In this document: one piece after another, positions 7,474 to 16,430 of the stretch
How positions within the stretch are numbered: position 1 is the first letter of the stretch
How the letters are laid out: every line of letters starts with the position of its first letter
NCBI GenBank assembly: GCA_016196885.1
Contig: JACPWU010000024.1
Location: forward strand, 45,994 to 77,993
DNA: 32,000 bases
From: Chlamydiota bacterium
GTDB lineage: Bacteria; Auribacterota; JACPWU01
Direction: 5' to 3'
The notes under the pieces: model-generated
Databases searched by the model: none
The model's input: only the letters and a program-made list of their open reading frames with translations
Told to the model about the DNA's origin: nothing
Program-made: the position numbers and the translations under genes

Positions 7474-8127
7474 CATACCACTACAGCTTTCGCTGCGTCT
7501 CTCAGAGAATTTCTGAGAGCTTTGTGGTCTGGACTTTCTCTTCACCCTTTCTACAAAATAGAGGAGGGTGCCTGCCGTCAAGTCTCTACGCCTTCTCCGA
7601 CGCATGTCAGAGCTTGGTTCGGGATTACCCCGCACGTGGCTTCCCCGAGTTTGACAGGTGATCTCAGATAAATTTCTTTATCTGAAGCCCACTGAAAAAT
7701 AAGATTCCAAGCATCGCGATAGTTTGCGGAACTAGGTTTTCGCTGTCGCTTGTTCGTTTCGACCATGTGAATTTCACTACCATAGTCGATGAATACGGCT
7801 ATAGGAAAGACATAAAACAAATTAAGGTCAGCCAAAAAAACCAGGGCGAAATCAAAATCTACAGCCTGATAAGGCTGCCTCAACATGACCCTACGATTTG
7901 TTTTCGTTCGGCGATTATCGACTACATAATTCCCAGAAGGTTTATCAAACCATGCTGTTTTGACCTGAATCTTGACTAAAGTTTCCTCTATGTCAAAGAC
8001 AAGATCATATGGAAGCCGATCGCCAACGGGTTTCAGAACACCCCAACCACGCTTCAGTGCTTCGAGTGTGGCTGCTTGTTCTGCAATGTCTCCCTTTAGC
8101 TTGGTACTCAAATGAATCTCTTTCTTG
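7474..8127 (-). mobile_element. Group I (IC3-like) self-splicing intron with an endonuclease ORF in the P1 loop
   Basis: The 5' exon ends in U and the intron ends in G. Core strings GTCAAACTCGGGGAAGCC and GAAGGCGTAGAGACTTGACGGCAG (core at 7573-7589) match the Azoarcus/Anabaena tRNA intron cores from memory. Candidate guide GTGGGCTT (7692->7685) pairs with GGGCT|CA. P2 hairpin is TCAGATAAAGAAATTTATCTGA. Confidence 0.8.
7578..8111 (-). CDS. Intron-encoded PD-(D/E)XK homing endonuclease (I-Ssp6803I-like)
   Basis: 177 aa with a TTG start 7 nt after AAAGAG. KGDIAEQAATLEALKRGWGVLKPVGDRLPYDLVFD...LVKIQVKT fits a PD...(E/Q)xK nuclease core. The last ~35 codons read through the ribozyme core. Confidence 0.7.
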   Translation of the reverse strand: MSTKLKGDIAEQAATLEALKRGWGVLKPVGDRLPYDLVFDIEETLVKIQVKTAWFDKPSGNYVVDNRRTKTNRRVMLRQPYQAVDFDFALVFLADLNLFYVFPIAVFIDYGSEIHMVETNKRQRKPSSANYRDAWNLIFQWASDKEIYLRSPVKLGEATCGVIPNQALTCVGEGVET

Positions 8128-8220
8128 AGCCCGACGAGCTACCAGGCTGCTCTACCCCGCAGTATGTAAATCGCACATACTATATCCTAGGATATGTGCA
8201 AACTCCAGATTTTTTTGTGA

Positions 8221-8565
8221 TTATTTTTTTTTAGGAGATTCAGAAGATTCGGGGGCAGGCTCTTCGCAATAAAGAAGCCGGCTACAGTGTTCACAGACGT
8301 GGAAGGATTTCCCTGCCTTTGCGACAATGGAGGTGCCCGAAGCGGCGGCGAGAAAACAGCCTTGACAGACTCCATTCACAAGTCGGACAATCGCATTTTT
8401 ATAGCGCTTCTTTGCACGATCATAGGAGCGGATAAGTTCCATGGGGATCCCCATGCGATTGTTGGCCAACTCTTGAATCAATTCCAGATGGAAGGCCTTG
8501 GCCTCTTTGCGCAGGGCCTCTTCGATTTCTTGTATTCTCAGAAGAGATTTTACTTTTGAACTCAT
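8221..8565 (-). CDS. Zinc-ribbon (C4) domain protein with an N-terminal coiled coil, hypothetical
   Basis: 114 aa with CQGC...x21...CEHC pairs. Confidence 0.65.
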   Translation of the reverse strand: MSSKVKSLLRIQEIEEALRKEAKAFHLELIQELANNRMGIPMELIRSYDRAKKRYKNAIVRLVNGVCQGCFLAAASGTSIVAKAGKSFHVCEHCSRLLYCEEPAPESSESPKKK

Positions 8566-8603
8566 CGGGGAATACTATAATGAGATTAAGACAAGAGATC
8601 AAG

Positions 8604-10058
8604 ATGAAAGCGTTCGTTTCTGTGGTTAAAAAAATTTTAGGGGTCATTGGTCAATATCATCTTCTTTCAAAAAAAGATAGAGTTCTCATTGCTGTTTCGG
8701 GTGGAACGGATTCCATGGCACTTCTTCATGTTTTGTTGGAATTAAGAGAAATTTTTGAATTAGAACTGGCGGTAGCCCATTTGAACCATCATCTACGTGA
8801 GCATGCCTCCCTTGATTTAGAATTTGTTCGGCGTGAAGCAGAAATGCTCAAGCTTCCTTTTTATGGGGGAAGTGAAGATGTGAAATTAATTTCTAAGAAT
8901 GAGGGTCTGTCCCCGGAAGAAGCGGCTCGAAAGGTTCGTTATGAATTTTTGAAAAAGGCGGCTTCTTCTTTTGGGGCTCAGAAAATTGCGGTGGCTCATA
9001 CCCAAAATGATCAGGCAGAGACGCTTCTCTTGAGAATGGTCAAGGGAACAGGGGGAGAAGGTTTGAGGGGAATGAGGTTTTCTCGGCCGCTTGATTCTTA
9101 CATTTTAATTCGTCCTTTGCTCGATATTTCTAAAAAGGAATTGAAAAATTTTCTCCAGAAAAAAAATATTTCTTGGCGAGAAGATGAAAGCAATCAGGAA
9201 ATGGCATTCTTGAGAAATAAAATTCGGCACTCTTTGATGCCGTTTCTTGAAAAGGAATTTAATCCGGTCATGGTTGAGAGTCTTTGTCGTTTGGCATCGA
9301 TTTTGGACGAAGAAAATGAATTCTTAAATAGAGCCCTTGAGAAGGTTTTTTTGAAATGTAAAAAAAATGAGAGCGGATTATCTTTAGATCTAAAATTTTT
9401 TCTCTCACTAGAGATGGCGCTTCAACGCCGGTTGATTCGAAAACTGTTTTGGCAGTTTTCATTAGGCAAAGATTTGTCTTATACCTTGGTTGAAGAAATC
9501 CTGTCTTTTTTGAAAAATGCCCAGTCAGGGAAAAAATGGGATTTGCTTGAAGATGTGGAATTAAGAATTGAATTTGATCGTTTCTGGATAGGGCCGATTC
9601 ATTGTAAACAAACGTTTAGCTTTGAGAAAATCAGAGTACCAGGAGAAATTTCTTGGGAGATGGGGACTTGGTCTTTCAAGATGGTCGCTCAATTATCTTC
9701 CCAGCTTCACAATCAAGAAAAGAAAAATTTCCCTGAAATTTATAAGAATCTGTCTGAACGTAAACCGATAGAGCTGGTTGAATATTTTGACGCAGCGCAA
9801 GTGGGCCCAGAAATTCAGATTCGATCTTTTGAACCCGGGGATGTTTATGACCCTATTGGACTCCATGGCTTTAAAAAGCTGAAAAAGATTTTCATTGATG
9901 AAAAAATTCCTTTGCGGGATCGTCTCCAAATCCCCCTTTTTCTTTCTCGAGGCAAGATTTTTTGGCTGACGGGCTACCGTATCTCAGAGTCTTTTAAAGT
10001 CGGATCCAATCAGAACGCTATTTTAAAGATTTCTTTGGAGATAAAGAAGGGCTGCTGA
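8604..10058 (+). CDS. tilS: tRNA(Ile)-lysidine synthase
   Basis: PP-loop VLIAVSGGTDSMALLHVL, then AVAHLNHHLR and VAHTQNDQAETLLLR. The start is uncertain (8556, 8580 or 8604); 8604 avoids overlap with the divergent gene. Confidence 0.9.
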   Translation: MKAFVSVVKKILGVIGQYHLLSKKDRVLIAVSGGTDSMALLHVLLELREIFELELAVAHLNHHLREHASLDLEFVRREAEMLKLPFYGGSEDVKLISKNEGLSPEEAARKVRYEFLKKAASSFGAQKIAVAHTQNDQAETLLLRMVKGTGGEGLRGMRFSRPLDSYILIRPLLDISKKELKNFLQKKNISWREDESNQEMAFLRNKIRHSLMPFLEKEFNPVMVESLCRLASILDEENEFLNRALEKVFLKCKKNESGLSLDLKFFLSLEMALQRRLIRKLFWQFSLGKDLSYTLVEEILSFLKNAQSGKKWDLLEDVELRIEFDRFWIGPIHCKQTFSFEKIRVPGEISWEMGTWSFKMVAQLSSQLHNQEKKNFPEIYKNLSERKPIELVEYFDAAQVGPEIQIRSFEPGDVYDPIGLHGFKKLKKIFIDEKIPLRDRLQIPLFLSRGKIFWLTGYRISESFKVGSNQNAILKISLEIKKGC

Positions 10059-11289
10059 AAAAAATTAAAATCCCATCCGCTACGCTATCCGCATATTCTC
10101 TGAATATGCTTTTATAGGGTCTCCCTTGAAAGGTCTTTTCTCCTTCGTAGTCGCCGGCCAAGATGCGGTCTCGCACCAAAATATTGTTTTGATAATAGGG
10201 CTCTAAATAAATCACGGGGCCTGGAAAGAGGCGGTTGGCCGCGAGGTTTCTTGCGTAAAGATAGGGGTTTTCGTTGACGCGGTAATATTGGGGGCTGGGG
10301 CTGTATTCGACGTAGGGGAGTTTTGTGTCCTCGGCCATTTTTTTTGCGATCGCATCCGACAGGATTAATTCGATCTTATGAGATCCCTCGAGCAATTTTG
10401 AGAAAAGTCTGAATCTCTCTTCTTCCTCTTTTACTTCACTAGCCCCGTAGCTACCATGTGTGAAAATCACCAAGCGATTGTCCTCGACCCAAGGATTTTG
10501 GGGTGTGGCAGGGGCTGCATTGAAGTGAAGGCAGAGCGTAAAATCAGGACGGATTCTCTTGGCTCGTTCGGCTCGGGCCTTGATCTCAGCCTTTCGATAG
10601 AAAAGCCTTTCCGTTTCTTTTTGAATCGCCCATTTCAAATTTTCGCCAACGACAGGTGAAATTTGACTTCCACAAATTTTCTTCTCCGCTTCTTTCCTAA
10701 AATCCTTCGGCCTTTTGTGCGTGACGGGTTCAAAATTTTCTTTTGTTAAATAAACTCTCGCGCCGAGGTCAGTCAGGCGTTTTTTTAAAAGAAGCGCCGT
10801 TTTGAGATTGAGATCTGCCTCTTGAATCGGCTCATGATTTTCCACACGGAGAATCCTTTCCTCCATTTCTGCGTAAGCTCCTCCAATGTGTCCGGGGTCC
10901 AGAAGGATTTTCAAGCCCTTTAAAGGACGTGCCGAAGAACGCCCTCGCAAGAATTCTATTTTTGTGGCAAAGTTGCGAATCGTTCTCTTAGAGGAGGTGT
11001 TTTTTGCTAAAAAAAGTCTGAAAACCGCAGGTTTTGTTTTTTGATCGTTTCGGAAAATGTCTACGTATTGAGAGGTGACGTGAAGGTAATGGTAAATGCT
11101 TCCATCCTGGGAATAAATTTCAATCGCGTCCCAAAATTCTTTTTCCGTGAGCGTGTCGTGGTATTTTTCCAAGCGATCCCAACAGATTTTAGGCACGATT
11201 TGGGCAGAAGAGAGAAATGGAGAGAAAAGAGCGGTTAAAAAGAAGAAAACAATAATCCATTTTTCTTTTTGACGGGATATTTTTAGCAT
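10018..11289 (-). CDS. N-acetylmuramoyl-L-alanine amidase (Amidase_3 family), secreted
   Basis: ILLDPGHIGG and CLHFNA motifs. The internal ATG at 11289 gives MLKISRQKEKWIIVFFFLTALFSPFLSSAQ, a signal peptide. The longer track ORF would overlap the next gene. Confidence 0.85.
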   Translation of the reverse strand: MLKISRQKEKWIIVFFFLTALFSPFLSSAQIVPKICWDRLEKYHDTLTEKEFWDAIEIYSQDGSIYHYLHVTSQYVDIFRNDQKTKPAVFRLFLAKNTSSKRTIRNFATKIEFLRGRSSARPLKGLKILLDPGHIGGAYAEMEERILRVENHEPIQEADLNLKTALLLKKRLTDLGARVYLTKENFEPVTHKRPKDFRKEAEKKICGSQISPVVGENLKWAIQKETERLFYRKAEIKARAERAKRIRPDFTLCLHFNAAPATPQNPWVEDNRLVIFTHGSYGASEVKEEEERFRLFSKLLEGSHKIELILSDAIAKKMAEDTKLPYVEYSPSPQYYRVNENPYLYARNLAANRLFPGPVIYLEPYYQNNILVRDRILAGDYEGEKTFQGRPYKSIFREYADSVADGILIFFSSPSLSPKKSLK

Positions 11290-11363
11290 TATTTTAGTGA
11301 TTTTAAAATTTTCAATTTCCAGATATGATATGCCATTTATCGTCCATAGGAAAGGAGTTCGTC

Positions 11364-12011
11364 TTGTATTACCCCATTTTTCTTGATTTAAAAGGTAAAG
11401 ATTGTGTGATTTTTGGAGGAGGAGAGATTGCCTATCGAAAGACAAAATCTCTTATTGATTGCGGTGCAAGAGTTTCCGTTTATGCTCCTGAAGCAATCTC
11501 TGAAATAGAGGTTTTGGCGCACGATGGCAGAATCATTTTCGAGAAGAAACAATATGAACCGGATGATTTGGTCGGGGCTTTTCTCGTGATTGCTTCTACC
11601 AACCAGGGGGATGTGAATGCTGCTATTTCAAGAGAGGCCCAGGAGAGAGGACTTTTAGTGAATGTGGTGGATGATCCAGAGTTTTGCAATTTTATTGCTC
11701 CCAGCATCTTACGTCGAGGGAAATTGGTTATTGCGGTTTCAACCGAGGGGACAAGCCCTGCGATGGCAAAAAAGATTCGAGAAGATCTGGAGAGAAATTT
11801 TGGGCCTGAATATGAAATTTTTCTGGAGGTGATGGACGCTTCTCGGAAAAAAATTCAAGAGCGATTGCCCGATGAAGCGGCCCGCAAGGCTTTTTTTACG
11901 GATTTAATTCATTCGGATTATTTGGAACGCACTCGCTCTGGCTGGACGCGCGAAAGGCTGAGAGAGGCGATTGAGAAAAAATTGGAGCATTTTGTGACGC
12001 ATGACATTTGA
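11364..12011 (+). CDS. Precorrin-2 dehydrogenase / sirohydrochlorin ferrochelatase (SirC/Met8, CysG N-terminal type)
   Basis: TTG start 6 nt after AAAGGAG. YYPIFLDLKGKDCVIFGGGEIAYRKTKSLIDCGARVSVYAP is a Rossmann N-terminus. Confidence 0.85.
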   Translation: MYYPIFLDLKGKDCVIFGGGEIAYRKTKSLIDCGARVSVYAPEAISEIEVLAHDGRIIFEKKQYEPDDLVGAFLVIASTNQGDVNAAISREAQERGLLVNVVDDPEFCNFIAPSILRRGKLVIAVSTEGTSPAMAKKIREDLERNFGPEYEIFLEVMDASRKKIQERLPDEAARKAFFTDLIHSDYLERTRSGWTRERLREAIEKKLEHFVTHDI

Positions 12012-12819
12012 TAATGCTTTCTTTTTAGGAACGCTGTTTCTTTACTTTGCGGCTCTTGCCTCGTATGCCGGATTCCTTTTCTCAAATCGGGTTGTTTTAA
12101 ATAGGTGGGCGGTGCGTGCTTTGATGCTGGGTTTTGGTTTTCATACGGTTTCGTTGATTCGGCAAGTTTTTGAGCTCTTTCAATCGTCTGCAATGAATCT
12201 TTTTGCTGTGCTGATTCTTTTCTCTTGGTCTCTGGTTCTTTTGACGCTTCTCATTCAATCCAGAGTTCGCATGCGCATGGTGATGGGAATTGTCCTGGTG
12301 CTAGTTTTAGCGTTGGGAGGCATTTTCTTCGGACTTCCTCGATATTTTGATAAGGCCATTCCCTCTTTTAATGCCTTTTGGTTTGGCACGCACGTTTTAT
12401 TTTCTCTTTTGGGTTATGCTGCGTTTGCTCTTTCTTTGATTTGCGGTCTTTTGTATTTGTTCCTGGAACGTCAACTCAAATTAAAGAGTACAAACTCTTT
12501 TTTTTACCGGTTACCCCCTTTAGAAAGTCTTGAACTGATGGCCTTTCGCTCTCTGTGGGGAGGTACACTTTTATTGGGCTTGGGGTTGGCGAGCGGCCTT
12601 TTATGGGCTCGGTGGGCAGGCTTGCCGCTCAGTTTTAGAGATCCTAAAGTGTCTGCTGCTATCATCACCTGGCTGATTTATGCGGTCATTCTTTATGTGA
12701 GATTCACGGCTCGGTGGCGGGGAAGAAAAGTAGCTTATCTGTCTCTTGTTGGTTTTTTAGCGGTTTTGATTACCTTTTTCGTGATGAATTATTTTTCAAA
12801 AGGTCATGGTTTTTTCTAG
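12001..12819 (+). CDS. CcsA/HemX-like integral membrane protein of heme operons (cytochrome c assembly protein family)
   Basis: 272 aa, about 8 hydrophobic helices, W-rich segment WGGTLLLGLGLASGLLWARW. It sits between the sirC-like gene and hemA, as in hemAX operons. Confidence 0.7.
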   Translation: MTFDNAFFLGTLFLYFAALASYAGFLFSNRVVLNRWAVRALMLGFGFHTVSLIRQVFELFQSSAMNLFAVLILFSWSLVLLTLLIQSRVRMRMVMGIVLVLVLALGGIFFGLPRYFDKAIPSFNAFWFGTHVLFSLLGYAAFALSLICGLLYLFLERQLKLKSTNSFFYRLPPLESLELMAFRSLWGGTLLLGLGLASGLLWARWAGLPLSFRDPKVSAAIITWLIYAVILYVRFTARWRGRKVAYLSLVGFLAVLITFFVMNYFSKGHGFF

Positions 12820-12829
12820 GAATTCGAAA

Positions 12830-13873
12830 ATGGGAAAAGTCGAAACAAATATTCAGGTGATTGGGCTTAACCATCGAACCGCTCAGGTCCAGACGCGGGA
12901 ACGTCTCGCTTTTACCAAAGCCCAGGCAACCGCTTGTCTCGCTCGGGTTCGGGAAATGGGATTGGCCGACGAGGCTGTCATCCTTTCCACCTGTAATCGA
13001 GTCGAGCTTTATCATGTTTGGGACCGCTCTGATTCTTACGAGAGTTTGTCTCAATTTTTGAGTCAATTTCATCAGGTCAGTCTTCCTGATTTTGAGAAGT
13101 CACTTTATTTTTATAGAGATGATGAAGCGGTTCGTCATTTGTTTCGTGTGGCTTCGGGTTTGGACTCCATGGTGGTGGGAGAAAAAGAAGTTTTGGGCCA
13201 GGTGAAAAAGGCGTACTTCTTGGCGAGCAGCACAGGAGCGACGGGCCCTCTCCTGAATGTGCTCTTTCAAAGATCTTTTTATGTTGCGAAGCGTTTACAA
13301 AATGAGACCACGCTTCATTCGGGGAGCATTTCTGTGAGTTCTGTGGCAGTTCAATTGGCCCAGATGATTTTTGGAGAATTAAACACGAAAACCATTTTAC
13401 TGGTGGGTGCTGGAAAAATGAGTGAGCAAACTGTTCAGAGATTGGTGGAAAGAGGGGTGAAGGGCATGATCGCTTCCAATCGTTCTTATGAAAAGGCTCA
13501 GGCTCTGGCTCAAAAATTTGAAGGTCAGGCGGTCAGATTAGATGAGATTCATCAAGTGGCTCGAGATGTGGACATTGTCATCAGCTCAACGGCGGCGCCT
13601 CATTTCATTCTGCATCAAAATGAAGTGTCCGGGTGGATGAAAGAGCGCAGACAAAGGCCTCTCTTGATGATAGACATTGCGGTTCCTAGAGATATTGACC
13701 CAGAAGTGAACAGACTCGATAATGTTTATCTCTATAACATTGATGATTTAAAGGCGGTGGCCGATCAGAATTTTAAAGAGAGATTGAAAGAACAGGAAAA
13801 AGCAGATTCTCTGGTGGAAAGTGAAGTAAAACGTTTTATGGACCGGATGATTAAGTACAAGTCAGTTCATTAA
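12830..13873 (+). CDS. hemA: Glutamyl-tRNA reductase
   Basis: VIGLNHRTAQVQTRERLAF, LSTCNRVELY with the catalytic Cys, GAGKMSE as the NADPH site. ATG at 12830 is preferred over 12806. Confidence 0.95.
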   Translation: MGKVETNIQVIGLNHRTAQVQTRERLAFTKAQATACLARVREMGLADEAVILSTCNRVELYHVWDRSDSYESLSQFLSQFHQVSLPDFEKSLYFYRDDEAVRHLFRVASGLDSMVVGEKEVLGQVKKAYFLASSTGATGPLLNVLFQRSFYVAKRLQNETTLHSGSISVSSVAVQLAQMIFGELNTKTILLVGAGKMSEQTVQRLVERGVKGMIASNRSYEKAQALAQKFEGQAVRLDEIHQVARDVDIVISSTAAPHFILHQNEVSGWMKERRQRPLLMIDIAVPRDIDPEVNRLDNVYLYNIDDLKAVADQNFKERLKEQEKADSLVESEVKRFMDRMIKYKSVH

Positions 13874-13967
13874 GTTTTTTTAAATCTGACAGTACTTAAG
13901 AGTACGGAAGCTTAAAATTATGATTAAAAAAAATAATACATGTAGGATTTGATAGGCTCTCTTAAGT

Positions 13968-14885
13968 ATGAAAAAGAATTGGATCATCGCCACACGGGGC
14001 AGTAAATTAGCACGTTGGCAGGCGGATTGTGTGAGGAAAGTCCTGCTTGAACATTTTCCAGATCTCTCCATTCGTTTGAAAATAGTGAAGACAGCAGGAG
14101 ACAAACTTCGCTCTAATAAATTATGGGAGATGGGTGGTAAAGGGGTCTTCACAAAAGAAATTGAAGAGGCTTTGAGGATTCGCGAGGCAGATTTGGCTGT
14201 TCATAGCTTGAAGGATTTGCCAACGGATTTGGATGAGGTTTTTACGATTGGGGCCATTCCTTTTCGGGAATCTGCAAACGATGTTTTAATCTCAAAAGAT
14301 CATGTACATTTTGAAAATCTTCCGCCAGATTCGGTGATAGGAACTTCGAGTTTTCGTCGCCAAGCCCAGATTTTAAAAATGAGACCCGATTTGAAAGTTC
14401 AGGAAATCAGAGGAAATGTTTCAACCCGTATTAAAAAAGTTTTAGAAGGGGTTTTTGACGCGGCAGTGGTGGCGAAGGCAGGCATGGTGCGCCTGGGATT
14501 TGAAGAATGGATCACAGAGGAATTTGATTTTGATCAAATGCTTCCGGCGGTCGGGCAAGGCGCTTTGGCGGTCGAGATTCGATCTGATGATGAAGAAGTG
14601 CAAGAGCTTTTACAACCTCTTCAAAATGAGGATCTTTTTTTTACTACTTCTGCAGAAAGGGCTTTTTTAAAAGCGATGGGAGGAGGTTGTCGTTTGCCCC
14701 TGGCGGGTTATGCGGAAATTCAAGGGGATGAAATTTTTTTGCAAGGACTGGTTGCGAGTGTGGATGGAAGTCAAATGATTCTGGATCAAATGACAGGTTT
14801 GAAGAGCGACTTTGAGATGATCGGAAAAAATTTAGCGAAAGAGATGTTAAACAAGGGCGCAAAAGAAATTTTACAGGCGTTATAA
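13968..14885 (+). CDS. hemC: Hydroxymethylbilane synthase (porphobilinogen deaminase)
   Basis: IATRGSKLARWQA, HSLKDLPT, GTSSFRRQAQ, and GGGCRLPLA with the cofactor Cys. Confidence 0.95.
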   Translation: MKKNWIIATRGSKLARWQADCVRKVLLEHFPDLSIRLKIVKTAGDKLRSNKLWEMGGKGVFTKEIEEALRIREADLAVHSLKDLPTDLDEVFTIGAIPFRESANDVLISKDHVHFENLPPDSVIGTSSFRRQAQILKMRPDLKVQEIRGNVSTRIKKVLEGVFDAAVVAKAGMVRLGFEEWITEEFDFDQMLPAVGQGALAVEIRSDDEEVQELLQPLQNEDLFFTTSAERAFLKAMGGGCRLPLAGYAEIQGDEIFLQGLVASVDGSQMILDQMTGLKSDFEMIGKNLAKEMLNKGAKEILQAL

Positions 14886-14909
14886 ATTTCAATATTTAGA
14901 AAGCGGAAA

Positions 14910-16430
14910 ATGAACGGAAAAGTTTATCTGGTTGGAGCAGGGCCAGGAGATCCAGGGCTTTTAACCCTGAAGGGGTGTGAACTTCTTCAGACGGCAGACG
15001 TTATTGTCTACGACGCCCTTGTTTCTCCCAAAATTTTGAAATGGGTTCGACCCAATGCGGAATTGATTGATGTGGGAAAAAGAGGCGGAAAACCTTCTTT
15101 CTCACAAGAAAAAATCGAAAAAATTTTATTGGATGAGGCGCAAAAAGGAAAAAAAGTGATTCGTCTTAAAGGGGGGGACCCTTTTATTTTTGGCCGAGGG
15201 GCAGAAGAGGCCCTTTCTCTTGTAAAGCGCGGGATTGCCTGGGAAGTGGTTCCAGGTGTGACATCCGCCATTGCTGCTCCTGCTTATGCGGGAATTCCCC
15301 TGACCCATCGGGAGTGTGCTTCGACGGTGTCTTTTATCACAGGTCAAGAAGATGTGGCTAAATTTGATTCCAAAATTAACTGGGATGATTTGTCGAAAGG
15401 TGAGCGAACACTTGTTTTTTTAATGGCCTTTTCCAATTTAAAAAATATTGTTGATCAATTGATTAAAAAAGGGTTATCTCCCGAAACTCTTTGCGCCATG
15501 ATTATGTGGGGGACTTGGACAAAGCAAAAAACAGTTGTCGGAAATTTATCGAATATTGTGCAAAAGGTAGAAGAGGCTCAATTAGAATCTCCTAGCGTTT
15601 TTGTGGTGGGGTCTGTTGTTAAGTTACGCAATGAACTTAATTGGTTTGAGAAAAGTCCTCTTTTCGGAAAGCGAGTTTTGGTCACCCGCTCTCGGGAACA
15701 GGCGAGTACGCTTGTTGAAACATTGGGACAGTTGGGAGCCGAACCCATTGAATTTCCGACCCTTAAGATTTTACCTCCTGAAGATTGGAGTTTGATCGAT
15801 GAAGCGATTCAAAAAATAAATAAGTTTAACTGGATTGTTTTTACCAGTGTGAACGCAGTTAAAATTTTTCTGGATCGCTTGCCTTTTTTAGATAGAGATA
15901 TTCGAGATTTAAAAGGTGTTAAAATAGCAGCCATTGGAGAAGTGACAAAAAATGTTCTAAAAAACTATCATCTGAAAGTGGATTTATGCCCTTCTGAATT
16001 TGTTTCAGAGGCTTTACTAGATGCTTTTCAAAGAGAAATTAAAATTTTGGGTCAGCGTTTTCTTTTGCCCAGGGCCCAAGGAGCAAGGGTGATTCTCTCT
16101 GAAGGTTTGGAAAAAGCAGGTGGCCAAGTGACGGACCTTGTACTTTACCGAACAGTGAACGCCCAAAATGGAAAGGCTTCTTCTTTTTTTGATGAGATTT
16201 TAGAAAATGGTTTAGATTGGGTCACTTTCACCAGTTCTTCTACGGTGAAGAATTTTGTTCAGGCCGTGGGAGATCGTTTAAATGAAGTAAAGGGACGTTT
16301 TAAAGTGGCTAGCATTGGCCCTGTCACTTCCGAAACGGCTGGGAGCCTGGGAATTAAAGTGGATTTGGAAGCCAAGGTTCACACCATTCCTGGCTTGGTG
16401 GAGGCAATGCTTGCACATGAAACATCTTGA
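14910..16430 (+). CDS. cobA/hemD: Fused uroporphyrinogen-III C-methyltransferase / uroporphyrinogen-III synthase
   Basis: The N-terminus VYLVGAGPGDPGLLTLKG and VIRLKGGDPFIFGRG is a tetrapyrrole methylase. The C-terminal ~250 aa (KRVLVTRSREQ...FTSSSTV) is HemD-like. Confidence 0.9.
   Translation: MNGKVYLVGAGPGDPGLLTLKGCELLQTADVIVYDALVSPKILKWVRPNAELIDVGKRGGKPSFSQEKIEKILLDEAQKGKKVIRLKGGDPFIFGRGAEEALSLVKRGIAWEVVPGVTSAIAAPAYAGIPLTHRECASTVSFITGQEDVAKFDSKINWDDLSKGERTLVFLMAFSNLKNIVDQLIKKGLSPETLCAMIMWGTWTKQKTVVGNLSNIVQKVEEAQLESPSVFVVGSVVKLRNELNWFEKSPLFGKRVLVTRSREQASTLVETLGQLGAEPIEFPTLKILPPEDWSLIDEAIQKINKFNWIVFTSVNAVKIFLDRLPFLDRDIRDLKGVKIAAIGEVTKNVLKNYHLKVDLCPSEFVSEALLDAFQREIKILGQRFLLPRAQGARVILSEGLEKAGGQVTDLVLYRTVNAQNGKASSFFDEILENGLDWVTFTSSSTVKNFVQAVGDRLNEVKGRFKVASIGPVTSETAGSLGIKVDLEAKVHTIPGLVEAMLAHETS

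Larger units (their letters stand above)
7434..8161 (-). tRNA. Initiator tRNA-fMet (CAU) interrupted in the anticodon loop by a group I intron
   Basis: Exon 1 (8161->8128) is TGCGGGGTAGAGCAGCCTGGTAGCTCGTCGGGCT. Exon 2 (7473->7434) is CATAACCCGAAGGTCGTTGGTTCAAATCCAACCCCCGCTA. Joined, they form a 74-nt cloverleaf with GGG/CCC in the anticodon stem and an unpaired 1:72, closely resembling E. coli tRNA-fMet as I recall it. Confidence 0.85.

Noticed and set aside
7426-7671. Three 66-72-aa ORFs (7426..7635 -, 7443..7661 +, 7471..7671 +)
   Set aside because: They lie inside tRNA exon 2 and the group I ribozyme core, so RNA structure explains the region.
10018-10058. 41-nt convergent overlap of the tilS and amidase 3' ends
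   Set aside because: This is real in sequence but an ordinary compact-genome feature, not a system.
13885-13895. TCTGACAGTAC shared with 24670-24680
   Set aside because: An 11-mer match is expected many times by chance in 32 kb on two strands, and there is no extended similarity.
16315-16416. Upstream extension of the MBL hydrolase ORF
   Set aside because: It is an out-of-frame overlap with the cobA/hemD C-terminus. ATG 16417 gives a typical MBL N-terminus.
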